Positions 32,701 to 45,314 of a stretch of DNA of 64,000 bases are shown piece after piece; position 1 is the first letter of the stretch; each line of letters opens with the position of its first letter. The stretch is from Leucoraja erinacea (lineage: Eukaryota), in the NCBI RefSeq assembly GCF_028641065.1, contig NC_073381.1, forward strand, positions 39,804,001-39,868,000, in the 5' to 3' direction. A model generated the notes under the pieces. It had not been told where the DNA came from, ran no database searches, and worked only from the letters and a program-made list of their open reading frames with translations. The translations under genes were made by a program, and so were the position numbers.

Positions 32701-34631
32701 TTGTTCTACAGGTCAATATCCAAGTACAATATCACAAATTAATTGATTAACTCAAGGACAAGCAAGATCAGAAAATTAGAAAGCAGAGAAGGCAATTTTA
32801 GTTTTAGTGCAATATCTTTAATTGACAAGATGGCAGCTCTGAACAACAGTACATAAATCTAAGTGTCACTTTCATACAAAGCATACCTCCATGTAGTTTT
32901 GCTCACACAAGATTTCTCGTGCTTGCCATGGAAAATAGGAACAGCTCATTGTATGCAAGTAAGTTGATGCTCGCTCCATGGGACCAAACTGAATTTGTAG
33001 ATTCAGGCTAAATAAATCATCACCCTGGAAATAAGAGCAAAAAATAAATAAACATCCAAGTCAGAGCATTCTGGCTGCAAATAATGATGCCAAGTATTAG
33101 ATTTCTGCTGTTACTGAAAATTATTTCAAAATGAAGGGGGGGGGGGGGGGGGGGGGGGGGAGGGGAGGGGGGGGAAAGAAGAAGAAGAAGAATGAATAGG
33201 AAAATCATGAGACAACTTGTGTCTGTGTGGAACAAATTGCAGAAGTGGTTGGGTGCAGGTACTATAACGGCATTTAAGAGACGTTTGGACAGATACATGG
33301 TTGGGAAAAAAAACCCAGAGGAATATGGGCCAAATGTAGCACAGACAAGTTGTGTCAAAAAGACTTGTTTTTGTTCTGTACGATTATAATTCAATCTAAG
33401 AGCATTTAATAACAGTTTAACTTATATACTATTGTAATTTATTGACCCCAGTTGCCAACAAGCTGAGAGTACAATTTCAGGAATGTAAAAACTACTTTGG
33501 TAAAATGAAGTAACAAGCATGAAAAATGGCAGAATGCAGAACACATTCTGAAATGCTGTAAATCTTGTAATGACAGTAAATGCTGAATGTCTACAAGTAA
33601 CGAGACTTGCATCTAAGCTTTGCAGTCCAATGCCGAAAGCCACTATTTTACAAGACTATAGCCCAGATATTGCAGCCAGTAAGACGCCCTACAAGTTGTT
33701 TAAGAAGGAACTGCAGATGCTGGAAAATCGAAGGTAGACAAAAATGCTGGAGAAACTCAGCAGGTGAGGCAGCATCTATGGAGCGTAGACAAAAATGAAG
33801 GGTCTTGACCCGAATCGTCGCCTATTTCCTTCGCTCCATAGATGCTGCCTCACCTGCTGAGTTTCTCCAGCATTGTCTACCTACAATATCTCGTGGTCAG
33901 TTGTACAGAAGTTTCCGAATTTAATAAAAGTAATTCTGGTCCGTGAGCGCTTAAATTTCATTATGTTTCCTAATCAGGACGACCTCGCCCCTGGCCTTCC
34001 GCAACAGTGTATGCACTCACCTCGTTAACTACCATACAAGCCATAACAGATGCACGAACTAGCACGTTACCAAACGGATCCTGCGATACAGTGTAGCCGC
34101 ATTCAGTTGCGAACGACGGGGTGAGCAAGTAGACTTCGCCTGCTGAACCTAGTAATCGGAAAATAAAATGAGAACGGGACAGAGCAGAAACAAAAACAAA
34201 TGTGGACATTAGTTGTAGGTTTACCGGTGACTCCGAGACTCCACGGCTTGTCTTGCAGAAAGGAAGCATTCAGACGAATCCAAAAGAGGCGTCCATAACA
34301 GTGACCCTGTAACAGACCTACCAGCAAAACAAGAACAAAAAATAATAAGAGCGAGAAGAGAGAAACATGGAACTGCATATGCTGGTTTATAAAAAAAGGT
34401 GCAGGAGTAAATGGGTCGTGGCCCACACGTTATAAATCAGTACAAGAAAACTTGCCTTCAGGGGGCGAGGGTTGCATCCATACATCATTAATAAACAACG
34501 CCCAAAGCAACGTCAACCTAGAAAACACATCAAACGCTTGTTTGCATTGGGGAAGTTGCCAAGTAAGGAGAAAAAGTTGCACATTATCCAGGATAATGCA
34601 GCCTGTCTACCAACCTCAGCCAAGCAACCAT
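26792..34631 (-). CDS. ZPAX: Zona pellucida AX-family egg-envelope protein, copy a (possibly impaired); exons 34615-34631, 34456-34517, 34225-34317, 34021-34148, 32887-33024, 32368-32439, 32122-32289, 31948-32045 (or -32041), 31425-31648, 31203-31341, 30917-31125, 30079-30196, 29796-30001, 29600-29717, 29333-29499, 29141-29238, 28961-29067, 28575-28625, 28297-28486, 27406-27544, 27178-27262, 27007-27099, 26792-26829
   Basis: Signal peptide [20 protein letters not shown]; ZPAX N-terminal motifs ([38 protein letters not shown]); ZP module CFPNGTM...[15 protein letters not shown]...LYFEVELL...[15 protein letters not shown]; exon-by-exon homology with copy b; one +1 frameshift in exon 8 and three GC donors. 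Confidence 0.85.
27580..28250 (+). mobile_element. Young CR1 insertion in ZPAX-a intron 19
   Basis: [17 protein letters not shown]...[14 protein letters not shown] with (TTTCTATG)n tail; nearly identical to 1-463. Confidence 0.92.
33136..33174 (+). repeat. Poly-G tract
   Basis: G25 followed by AGGGGAGGGGGGGG in ZPAX-a intron 4. Confidence 0.9.
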
Positions 34632-34800
34632 CCTGCAGCCCAGAACACAACCACGCCGCCAACTGCAGCAGGATCTATAATCTGGTAGCCGTGGTCGACT
34701 TTTAATCTTGTACTTCACTTTACCCACAATTAAAACAAATTAACTCCAAGGCCATTGCCAGCCAATGGCGGGGGCGGGGCGGAATATTGTCCCGAGGAAA
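34632..34800 (-). promoter_or_regulatory. ZPAX-a proximal promoter / 5' UTR
   Basis: Immediately upstream of ATG 34631; TATA-like TTATAG near 34675-34680, CCAAT near 34762, GC box GGGGCGGGGC 34771-34780. Confidence 0.5.
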
Positions 34801-35394
34801 CGCAGAGGGGAGTTGGAAAGTGAACAAAATAGTTTCCCTCGTAGACAGACACAAAATGCTCAGTTAGAGCGGGCCAGGCAGCATCTCTGGAGAGAAGGAA
34901 TAGGCGACGTTTCGGGTCGAGACCTTTCTTCAAAATCCTCTCTCGCTGCTCCCCTTCTGTGATTACTCTTTCATACACAATAGCTATACTCAACAGCCGA
35001 AAGTCTGTAGTCTCCTCTTGCTGTGGTATTTTATTTAATTCTTCACATGTTTAAATTATAATGTTTTATTTTTAATTGTCTACTGTATATCGTGTTCTTA
35101 CTTGCGAGCAAAGCACCAAGGCAAATTCTTAGTATGTATAAATACTTGGCTAATAAAATGTATTCAATTCAATTAAATTATTCAATTCAAAACAGTTTCC
35201 CTCCCTGTCAAGTTGATCTTTACTTGCTCTTCTATATAAAATCATGAGAGGAATAGATAGGATGAATGCATTGTTTTTATCCAGCGTAGGGGAATCAAAA
35301 ACAAAAGGACATATATTTTCAAGGCAAAATTTAATGCAAACCTGAGGGACAACTTTTTCACTCATAGGATGGTCAGTATACATTAAGTAAGGTG

Positions 35395-37020
35395 CAAGTG
35401 TAGGCCATTCAGCTGATCATCTAAAATCAGTACCCCGTTCCTGCTTTTTCCCCATATCCATTGATTCCTTTAGCCCTAAGAGCTATATCTAACTCTCTTG
35501 AAAACATCCAGTGAATTGACCTTCTGTAACAGAGAAATCCACAGATTCACAACTCTCTGGGTGAAAAAGTTTTTCCTCATCTCAATCCTAAATGGCCTAT
35601 CCCTTATTCTTAAACCGTGACCCCTAGTTCTGGACTCCCCCAACATCGGGCATTTTTTTTCCTGCATCTAGATAGTCCAATCCTTTAAGAATTTAATGTT
35701 TCTGTAAGATCCCCTCTTATCCTTCTAAATTGCAGTGAATACAAGCCCAGTTGACCCATTCTTTCATCATATGTCAGTCCCGCCAAGTGCGGGAATTAAC
35801 CTGGTGAACCTACGCTCCACAACCTCAATAGCAAAAATGTTCTTCCTCAAATAAGGAGATCAAAATTGCACACAATACTCCAGGTGCGGTCTCACCTGGG
35901 CCATGTACAACTGCAGTGGGACCTCTTGCTCCTAAACACAAATCCTCTCACAATGAAACATAGAAAATAGGTGCAGGAGTAGGCCATTCGGCCCTTCGAG
36001 CCGAGCATGCCATTTGCTTTTTTCACTGCCTGCTTTATCTAAATGCTTACTTTCAGTGACTGAAGTACAAGCACACCCAGGTCTCATTGCACCTCCCCTT
36101 TTCCTAATCTGACACCATTCAGATAGTCTGCCTTCCTGTTCTTGCCACCAAAGTGGATAACCTCACATTTATCCACATTATACTGCATCTGCCATGCATC
36201 TGCCCACTTACCTAACCAATCCAAGTCACCCTGCAGCCTCATAGCATCCTCATCGCAGTTCACACTGCCACCCAGCTTTGTTTCATCCGCAAACTTGGAG
36301 ATTTGTTACATTTAATTCCCTCGCCGAAATTGTTAATTTATATTATAAATAACTGGGGTCCCAGCACCGAGCCTGGCGGCACCCCAATAGTCACTGTCTG
36401 CCATTCTGAAAAGGACCTGTTAATTCCTAATCTTTTCTTCCTGTCTACCAACCAGTTCTCTATCCATGTCAATACCCTACCCACAATACTATGCGCTCTA
36501 ATTTTGCACACTAATTTCTTGTGTGGGACCTTGTCAAAGGCTTTTTGAAAGTCCAGATACACCACAATCATTGGCTCTCCCTTATCCATTTCTACTTGTT
36601 ACATCCTCAAAAATTTCAAAAGATTAGTCAAGCACAATTTCCTCTTCATTAATCCATGCTGATATTGACTGATCCTGTCACTGCGTTCCTAATGCACTGC
36701 TATTACATCTTTAATAATCGACTCAAGCATCTTCGCCACTACCAGTGTAAGACTTCTTCTTCTTATCAAGTCCATACACAAGATTAGTTGTTCAGCCAGA
36801 GATGAACACACTTCTCAGCATCTGCATACAATGGTGTCTGTCTTGCGCTTCTTGTGCATGGTGGTGGAAAGATTGGTGGAAACAAGGCCACTCTTTCCTT
36901 GACCCCAATGTAAGGCTAACTGGTCTATAATTCCCCGTTTTCTTTCTTCCCCCTTTCTTAAAGTGGAGTTACATTAGCTACCCTCCAGTCCACAAGAACT
37001 GATCCACAGTCTATATAACA
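35395..37020 (-). mobile_element. CR1 LINE, long degraded fragment (with a small insertion at ~36753-36903)
   Basis: VVYLDFQKAFDKVPHKKL...GVPPGSVLGPQLF motifs running to a CR1 tail. Confidence 0.9.
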
Positions 37021-37047
37021 TTGGAATGAGGAACAAGCTGCTATTGG

Positions 37048-38577
37048 TAGCGATGTTACAATACCTACCTTCAGTGGCACTGCAGTTCTACCACTGGCCG
37101 TGTGCGCGACTTTGCTGCCTTTGAGGGGGGGCAGGATTAAAATGACGTTTTGTACTGCATATCGGAGGCGGACTTCCTCGGGCTGCTAGCTGCTGCAAAT
37201 TAATCGATCCGCCTCCCGTTCGCACTATATTTAAAAAAAAAGAAATCGCTGGACAATTTAATATTTGGATTAAATTAAAAAACGACTTTGAACGCCCTCA
37301 ACGCCTACAACGTGACGGATCGCAAGAACGGGATGAAACAAATTGTAAGTCGTTATTTTACATATAATCTTGCTTCCTGGGATGGCTTTAATCTAATTTT
37401 AAATTGCGAAAATGTGATTTGGGCCACATACGAACTGGCAGTGATTTTCCTGCTGATATGGGGTTCAAATTCACCGCAAATGCAACGTTTAAATCGATCG
37501 CGTTCCAGAAGCAAGATTATTAAAATGCCCATTGTTTCTGTAGATAAGCTGTCTAAATTCTCCATATTTTGTGTTATTCTCTCTCTCCATGATCATTATT
37601 TTTAAACTAAATATTCACAACAGTTTGAGTCACATGTATAGTGCAAAAAGCAATAATTTGATTATATATTGGGTGGATGCTTCTAGATTAATTTATGGGA
37701 ATTAAACATTAAATTCCTTCCATCTGGGATATAAATTCATGACAGTGAGATTTGAAAATCATGTTATATTGTGAATTCCTGTGTGAATGGGATTAGTTTG
37801 TTATTTGGATACTTAGGCTATTTAAAAAAATATATCCTTTTCTTAAGAAATGGAATCTACAGGACATTGTTAATGGGAAAGTAGAGAAAGGCATCATGTG
37901 CGGTTTGAAGAGCAAAAACTTGTAGTTTACAATGCCAACATTGAAAAGTTGAGGAAAAACAAGGTGTTCAGAGTTGCTTTTTGGTTACAATCTGAGGAAT
38001 ATGATGATGCTACTGATTATGATATGCCAATGTACCAGCTAGCAACTGATCTTCTCCATAAAGACTTGATCTATTGGTAGAAATTGTTATTTATTTACCC
38101 ATCTGTTATGGACTTACAGAATATAATACAATAATATTAAAGTTCTGATCTTGAGAATATCACATTTTTGAATTTTCAAGGCTGGCTGTTTATTACTATT
38201 TCCGTCACAACGGTCAATTTTGTAATTAGCTACAATTAGGTAATTAACTAATTATATGCTTTAATTTCAGGTCATCCAAGTAAGATGTTTTATATTTGTT
38301 TCAGAATGCTTCAATCGAAAATGCCATTCCGTTCTCTTAATTTTTAAGAAAGTTATGGGCTTTTGACTGTCCTCGATCACAGCTTTTGTGTTAAGTCAAT
38401 GGAAAAGCAATAGAAAACAAGATGCTAATTTCCGAGTATCAAAATGGCCATATCTTTTTTTAATACTGAATATATGAAAGTGAATTAGGTGTCAAATTAA
38501 ACTTATTTTTATGCTTTATCTGATGAGATAAATTGCAGACTTGATTTTTTTAATCTCAAAATTTTGTAACATTGCTA
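37048..38577. mobile_element. Non-autonomous TIR DNA transposon (hAT-like) with 7-bp TSD
   Basis: TIRs TAGCGATGTTACAA (left) and TTGTAACATTGCTA (right); CTATTGG duplicated at 37041-37047 and 38578-38584; splits an old CR1 tail; internal coding-like remnant 37898-38080. Confidence 0.85.
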
Positions 38578-39129
38578 CTATTGGAGGTAGTGGAAGCTGA
38601 TACTATAACAGCATTTGAGAGGCACTTGGAGAGGTTCATGGATATGAAATATTTAGGATGTAAACTATTTGCGGAATTAGCTTAGAGGGGGCATCTAGGT
38701 CTGCCTGGTCAAGTTGGGCTGGGCTGAAGGATCTGGTTTGGTTTTGTATTGTCCCCAGACTAAAGCACTCTTTAGACACCAGTAAAATCTGTTATCTTTT
38801 AGAGAATTTTAAAGATATTAATAACATGCAAGCATTATTTCATATTCTGAGATTAGACCACCTGAATAGCATTAACTCGTTTATATTTGCAAGAACATGC
38901 GTTCTGTATGATTCTGTAAATTTATCGGTGCTTACAATGTGATAATGATAGACCCTACCCTTCCCGTCTGACGGTGATTTCAGGGTATTTTCCCCGATCT
39001 CGTTACTACACTACCATGACATTTTGTGAATTGGGTAAAAAAATCTATTGGGCTCCATTTCTGAGCTGTGATGGCTTTGTGAATAATTTGGGCTATGGGG
39101 AATCAGTATCAGACAAGGGGGAGGATGAG

Positions 39130-39906
39130 GATAAGCCACTCATCCAAGACCAAGTGGTCCGACTACAGACAGACAAATGACATACCAAACTGGGGTTCAT
39201 CCATGGCCCTGCAAAGGAACCACGTTCCTACCTGGTCGATGTCGGTGGTACCATCTACAGACGCAGCCGCCAACACTTCCTTCCAGTGAAGGAATGGCGC
39301 CCAGCGCTCCAGGGTCCTGACGCACCTCCACTCAACTTTAAAATGATCGCTGTTCCAGCCGTTCCAGTACCTGTAGCTGCTACCACCACACACTCCCTGC
39401 GTCGGTCTGTTCCCCCTTCCTCTTTTGTAACCGGTTCACCGGTGCCCCCGAGACGGTCTTCCCCTGTGGTATCTCCCCAAAGCCCCTTGGGCTCACCGAA
39501 ACGCGCCCTCAACTTTTCGGAGGAAAAGGTTGATGAGGCAGCTCCTTACCGTACGAGGACCGGACGGGTTAGCAAGCCACCTGCTAGACATGGTGATTAT
39601 CTTTAACCCCTTTATTATTAGATGTGGCAATTTGAATTTAACAATTTATTTACTCAATGTAGTGGTAACGCTTTATTTACTTTTCATTTATAGAAGAAGA
39701 GATGTAGATTGGCTATAGCATGTTTGCCAATTAGAATGCTTAGTAATTATAACGCCGCCTAATTAGAACATTCATAGTGTAAGATCCTACCCACTGTCTA
39801 CCAGTACGAGTAGCAGTGTGAACGTGTGATGACCTGCGTAGTAGTTAATGACCTGAAAAAATAAAGATGCTTGTGTTTCAACCTGTATGAGTTTGAGCTC
39901 TTTACA
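39130..39906 (+). mobile_element. Gypsy LTR retrotransposon 3' remnant: integrase C-terminus, PPT and 3' LTR (39703-39906)
   Basis: QVVRLQ...EPRSYLVDVGGTIYRRSRQH...YRTRTGRVSKPPARHGDYL*; purine tract AGAAGAAGAGA followed by TGTA...TACA LTR containing AATAAA. Confidence 0.8.
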
Positions 39907-40349
39907 CAGGATAAATTAAAGGATGATATGAGGCTCAGAAATACGTTTGTTCACACCAGAGGAGATGATCCCCAAGATCACAGTGAAGCAGCGATAGAGT
40001 TGATGCCTTTCAGTGCCAGAGACCCTGGTTCGATCCTGACTACAGGTGCTATCTGTGCGGTGTTTGTACGTTCTCTCTGTGAGTTGGGTGGGTTTTCTAC
40101 AGGTGCTTGGATTCCTCCCACATTCCAAAGACGTGCGTGTTTGTAGCTTAATTGGCTTTTGTGAATTGTCCCTAATCAGTGTCCTTAATTTGTAGAATAG
40201 AACTAGTATAGGTGATCGTCTCGGTAAGCTGAATGGCCTGTTTCCACGCTGTATCTCTAAATTCTAAACCCTAACCTGATAATTGACAGCTACGTGTATG
40301 TAGGGTGATCCATTATCATAGTTGCATATCACCCAGACACCACCACCTA

Positions 40350-40795
40350 TTGTACGATACGATAGAACTTTATTTATCTCAAGAGGGAAATTGATCTGCT
40401 AATTCATAAAACCACAAAATACATGAAACATGAAATTAAAGTGATGAGTGGAAAGGATTGGGGATGTGCAAGGATTGGGGGAGTCAGTCTACCCCTCGCC
40501 AGAAGGGGGAGGAATTGTACAGCTTGATAGCCACAAGGAAGAAGGATCTCCTGTGGCGTTCTGTACTGCATCTTGGTGGAACCAGTCTGTTGCTGAAGGT
40601 GCTCCTCAGGTTGTCCAGTGTGTCATGGAGGGGGTGAGCTGTATGGTCCAAGATGCTCCACAGATTGAGGAGCATCCTCCCCTCCAAGACCACCTCCCAT
40701 GAATCCAACTCCGCCCCAGACTAGAGCCAGCCTTATTGATGAATTTGTTAATCCTATTGGCATCCGCAGCCTTCGCCCTGCTGCCCCAGACTCTA
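40350..40795 (-). mobile_element. Rex1/Babar LINE 3' fragment
   Basis: WGSRAKAADANRINKFINKAGSSLG and HPLHDTL...PRCSTERHRRSF motifs. Confidence 0.8.
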
Positions 40796-41593
40796 TTATT
40801 CAAAGTCTAAACTGAATAAGATCTTCCCAAATGTTTCTCCTATTTGTGATAAATGTCTTCTTCAGGAAGCAACTATAACCCATTCCTTTGCCTCTTGTAT
40901 AAAGTTACATAATTTCTGGAGAGGAATTTTTGAAATTTTTTCTAAAACACTTAAAATAAAATTGGACCCCGACACTGAACTGATCACTCTAGGTACGTCA
41001 GAATCCTGTTCTGAGCTAACACTATTTCAAAGACGTTTCCTTAATTATGGCCTGATAATGGCGAAAGAACTAACACTTAAATTTTGGAAACGCACATCAG
41101 TCCCTACTGTTAAGATGTGGATTACAAACATGTCCAAGAGACTACATCATGAAAATATTAGACTTGTTTTGGCAGAAAAACCAGATCATTTTTCCAAGAC
41201 ATGGACACCCCTCACCGAATTCTTACAAGGATAGTTTGGCGCAACACAACTTTGGATTTACATCCAACTATGGGTTGGGTGAGGTGGGTGGGGAGGGACG
41301 AGAGGCAGGTATATCTCCACTTTTTTTTCTCTTTTTCTATTTGTTCTTTTTTTCCCTTCTTTTCTTTCTTTTACCCACTCTTTGGCTACGCTACTTTGGT
41401 AGTCTACGGGTCCTATCTTTGCACCTCTCACTTTTTCGCTCTCTTGCTCTTTCTCTTTTCTTTTCCTCTATTTTAAAGTTAAAAAGTTAAAATTGAAGCT
41501 GTACATTAACAGTATAATTTTATATGCCGTTTGTTTTACTCTTGTACATTTGCTTCTAATAAATAAAAATAAAAAAATTAAAATTAAAAAAAA
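40795..41593 (+). mobile_element. L1/Tx1-type LINE 3' end
   Basis: KLNKIFPNVSPICDKC...THSFASC CCHC knuckle, T-rich 3' UTR, AATAAA and A-rich tail. Confidence 0.82.
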
Positions 41594-41594
41594 G

Positions 41595-44500
41595 GAACAT
41601 AACTGGTGGTAACAGGTGCAGAGGGCGGCAAAATGGCCGGTGGACGTCCTCTACGCCACGGATTAGCCACCGCCACCTGGCTATCCTCGTCGACGTGTGC
41701 TGGCTTAAGGCGGCTCACGGAGACGATCACCTCCTTGCCACCCATGTCGAGGTACCAGTCCTCAGCACCCTGTACGGACCCTCGTACACCCGCGGTAACG
41801 GCGAGCGGTGAGCATCCCTACGAAGGGAAACATAAGCACAATCCCGTAACATAGTAGGGTCATGCACTGCGGACGACCCATGCCGGGAAGTGGGAACCGG
41901 GACCAAAGTGCGCGCCAGCTTGCGAAGGTCAGCTAACACGGCCGAAGCCGGGACCTGCTGATCCCGGGGAATGGGCAGCAAATCCCCAGGTACTCGCAAA
42001 ACTAAGCCATAAACCAGCTCGGCCAAGGAGGCTTTGAGGTCCTCCTTAGGCGTGGTTCTGATGCCTCGGAGGACCCAAGGCAACTGGTCGACCCAATCTG
42101 GGCTGGTGAGTCGAGCTTTCAACGCCGACTTGAGGTGCCTGTGGAAACGCTCAACCAACCCGTTGGACTCTGGATGATACGCGGTGGTCTGATACAGCTT
42201 CGCTCCATACAGCTGTGCCATACCGCACCACAGGAAGGACATGAACTGGGCCCCTCGATCAGTAGTGATATCGGAGGGAATCCCGAAACGAGCAATCCAA
42301 TGTGAGACGATAGCCCACGCATAAGCCTCAACGGAGGTATCAGTTAACAGTATCGCCTCCGCCCACCTGGTAAACCTGTCCACGATAGTCAGTAGGTGAG
42401 TGGCCCCGTGCGAACACGGCAAGGGACCTACCAAGTCGACATGGATGTGCAGGAACCTGCTGTCCGGGACAGCGAAATCCTGCACGGGCGGGCGCACATG
42501 CCTCTGTACCTTGGAAGTCTGGCAGGGGATGCAAGAGTGGGCCCATGCTGCGACCTGCTATCGTAACCCATGCCAGACAAACTTGGCCGCGACCAGGGCA
42601 GAGGTGGCGCAAATGGACAGGTGTGCTAGGCTGTGGATGGTGTTGAAAATCCGACGCCTCCAGGCAAGCAGGACAATGGGAATGGGCTTTGCCCATGGAG
42701 ACATCACAAAGGACCCGCACGCCGGCGGCGCTGCAGGGCACCTTAACCAGCTTAAGTCCTGATTCAGCATTGCTGTAAACCTCCATACGGGCATCTACCT
42801 GTTGGGCAGCGGCCTGCTCCTCATAATCCACGCCTAGACAGAGCGGAAACCTCGGGGGCTGCCGGACGGGACAGCGCGTCAGCTACAACGTTCAGCTTCC
42901 CAGCCACATGCCGAATATCAGATGTGAATTCGGAAATGTAGGCGAGGTGCCTCTGTTGCCGGGCAGACCAGGGATCGGACACCTTGGTCAAAGCGAACGC
43001 GAGTGGTTTGTGGTATGTGAATGCGGTGAACGTGCGCCCCTCTAGGAAATAACGGAAATGGCGGATCGCTAGGTAGAGCGCGAGGAGTTCCCGATCGAAA
43101 GCGCTGTACTTAACTTTGGGGGCTCGCAGCTGCCTGCTGAAAAATGCCAGCGGCACCCAGCAGCTACCTACTCGTTGTTCGAGGACAGCATCCACCACGA
43201 CGTCGGATGCATCCACGGTGAGGACCGTTTGGGCTGACCGCCTACGGTGTTCCAGCATAGTGGCGTTGGCCAATGCAGTCTTAGCCCCCTCGAACGCCGT
43301 CTCCGCCTCCTTGGACCAGACCAGGTCCTTAGGTTTACCAGCCAGACATTGGAACAACGGCCGCATGATGGCGGCTGGTGATGGTCGAATTGGTGGTAGA
43401 AATTAACCATTCTGATAAACTCCTGTAGACCCTTGACTGATAGCGGCCTCGGGACAGGCGACGGATAGCATCGACTTTCTCGAGCAGCGGCTGTGCGCTG
43501 TGACAGGTGATGCTGTGATCCAAGAATGAAATGGAATGGAATCCAAACTGGCACTTCGCGGGGTTGATCACCAACCCGTGTTCGCGCAGCCGTTCGAAAA
43601 GCAGGCAGAGGTGCTTGACATGCTCCGCCTGCGAGCTGCTGGCCACCAGAATATGAACGGCAAACCCCGACCGACCTGATTCATTAACCTTTGGAACGCC
43701 TGAGCAGCGTTCTTCAGGCCAAAAGGCATCCTTAGCCATTCGAAAAGGCCGAAAAGGGTGATGGTGGCCATCTTAGGGACGTCGTTGGGATGGACCGGAA
43801 TTAGATTATACCCGCGAATGAGGTCGACCTTCAAGAAGAAGGTTCCGTCCTCCAAATGCGCCGAGAAATCTTGGATGTTCGGGACTGGGTACCGATCTGC
43901 CATGGTTATGGAGTTAAGGTGCCAGTAATCACCACAAGGTCTCCAACACCCGGACGCTTTAGGTACCATGTGCAGCGGGGAAGCCCAAGGGCTATACGAC
44001 CGCCGGACAAACCGCATGTCCTCCATAAGCTGGAACTCGTCTTGTGCGATGCGCAGTTTATCGGACAGGAGGTGGCGTGCACAGGCGTGAACCGGTGGGC
44101 CCTCGGTGGGAATGTGGTGGACCACGCCATGACGGGGTGCGGCCCCGTTGAATCGGGGCATGAGCAACCCTGGGAAATCGGCAAGCAGGGCTGCAAAAGG
44201 TTGCTGGATCTCAGCTACCTCGTCGAGTTGCTGTAGGGGCATGGACGGATTACGCGGCTTGGCAGGTCATAGGTCCGACACGGGGACCATGCGCCCGCCT
44301 CGCGCATCGACTAAGAAGGAGAACGCGCGCAAGAAATCGTCCCCCAGGATCGGTTGGGCGACGTCAGCAACGGTGAACTTCCACCTATATGGACAGGAGT
44401 CGAAATTTAAGTCCAGGGTCCGCGTACCATAAGTGCGAATGTCGTTCCCGTTATCAGCCGAGAGGACGGGTCCTACCTTACCGACGCGAGTATCTCGGGC

Positions 44501-45312
44501 GCTCGGCAGCAGGATGCTGGCAATGGCACCGGAGTCCACCAGGAAACAGTGGCCGGAATGGCGATCACGTTAGTGCCGATCGCGTTCGCCTCTATGGACG
44601 ATCGGCCGAGGCATTTCCCTGAAACGAGCAAATGCTCCGGCATCTTCGGGCTTCGGGGCCATAGTGCTGATGGTAGTAGCACCAACAACGTCGGCTGTAG
44701 ACCACTGGAAACGGTGATGCTTCTTCGGCGCTGGGCTGGGCTTCTTCTTCCTCCCGATGTTGTCTCGGTTTCACCCGTGCCCATAATTTGTCGGCTCTCT
44801 CTGTGTGAGGTGCTGGGGGTCGCTGAAATCAGCTCCAGTGAGCATCAGTCGGACTTCGTCGGGCATCTGCTCCAGGAACGCCTGTTCGAAGAGCAGACAT
44901 GGTCGGTGCCCATCCATCAGGGCTAACATCTTCGCCATGATGGTAGATGGTAGATGGCTGCCGATCGTCGATGCTAGGATCTTCCCCGCCCTGTCTCTGC
45001 GACTGAGACCGAACGTGTGGAGCAGGAGCCCTTCATACTTGACGATGGTCGGCGGGTCTCTGATGTAAGGCATCGGGATCACCAATTTGGCGGTCACAAG
45101 AATGACAACTGAGTTTTCAAACGTATTTTTATTCACAAAATAACTTCTCAGTTCACAGACTCTCACATACGTTTGGCCACATTGGTGGTCAGCACTGACC
45201 TGCCACACAAAAGCAAAACCACGTGAAAACAAGCAGCCCCTCCCGAGTCACGTAAACCGCGGCTTCCGAACGCCGGGTTTGATACCTGCGTGCGCCAGCA
45301 GATGCCGCTACA
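41595..45312 (-). mobile_element. Gypsy LTR retrotransposon, degenerate: 5' LTR 45086-45312, tRNA-Trp PBS 45071-45084, gag-pro-RT-RH-IN; 3' LTR absent
   Basis: LTR starts TGTAGCGG, ends CCGCCAAA and contains AATAAA; PBS TGGTGATCCCGATG; gag (HTFGLSRRDRA, PCLLFEQAFLEQMP, CYYH..YG..ARRC), protease FLVDSGA, RT (SPWASPLHMVPK, RMPFGLKNAAQAFQR), RNase H (TVDASD, YSAFDRELLA), integrase (HVDLVGPL, TTDRGAQF, YHPESNGLVERFH); many frameshifts. Confidence 0.93.
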
Positions 45313-45314
45313 TT

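Noticed and set aside
33020-33394. Poly-proline ORF
   Set aside because: It is an artefact of the intronic poly-G tract next to an old CR1 tail
34103-34426. [21 protein letters not shown] as the ZPAX-a signal peptide
   Set aside because: It is the translated polypyrimidine tract of intron 2; true exons 1-2 with phases matching copy b lie upstream
39703-39906. Possible 3' LTR of the 41595-45312 Gypsy element
   Set aside because: Opposite strand and unrelated sequence to the 45086-45312 LTR; it belongs to a separate element
43568-44242. Reverse transcriptase ORF as a novel RT system or domesticated gene
   Set aside because: It is the frameshifted pol of an ordinary Gypsy element and lacks its catalytic YxDD motif
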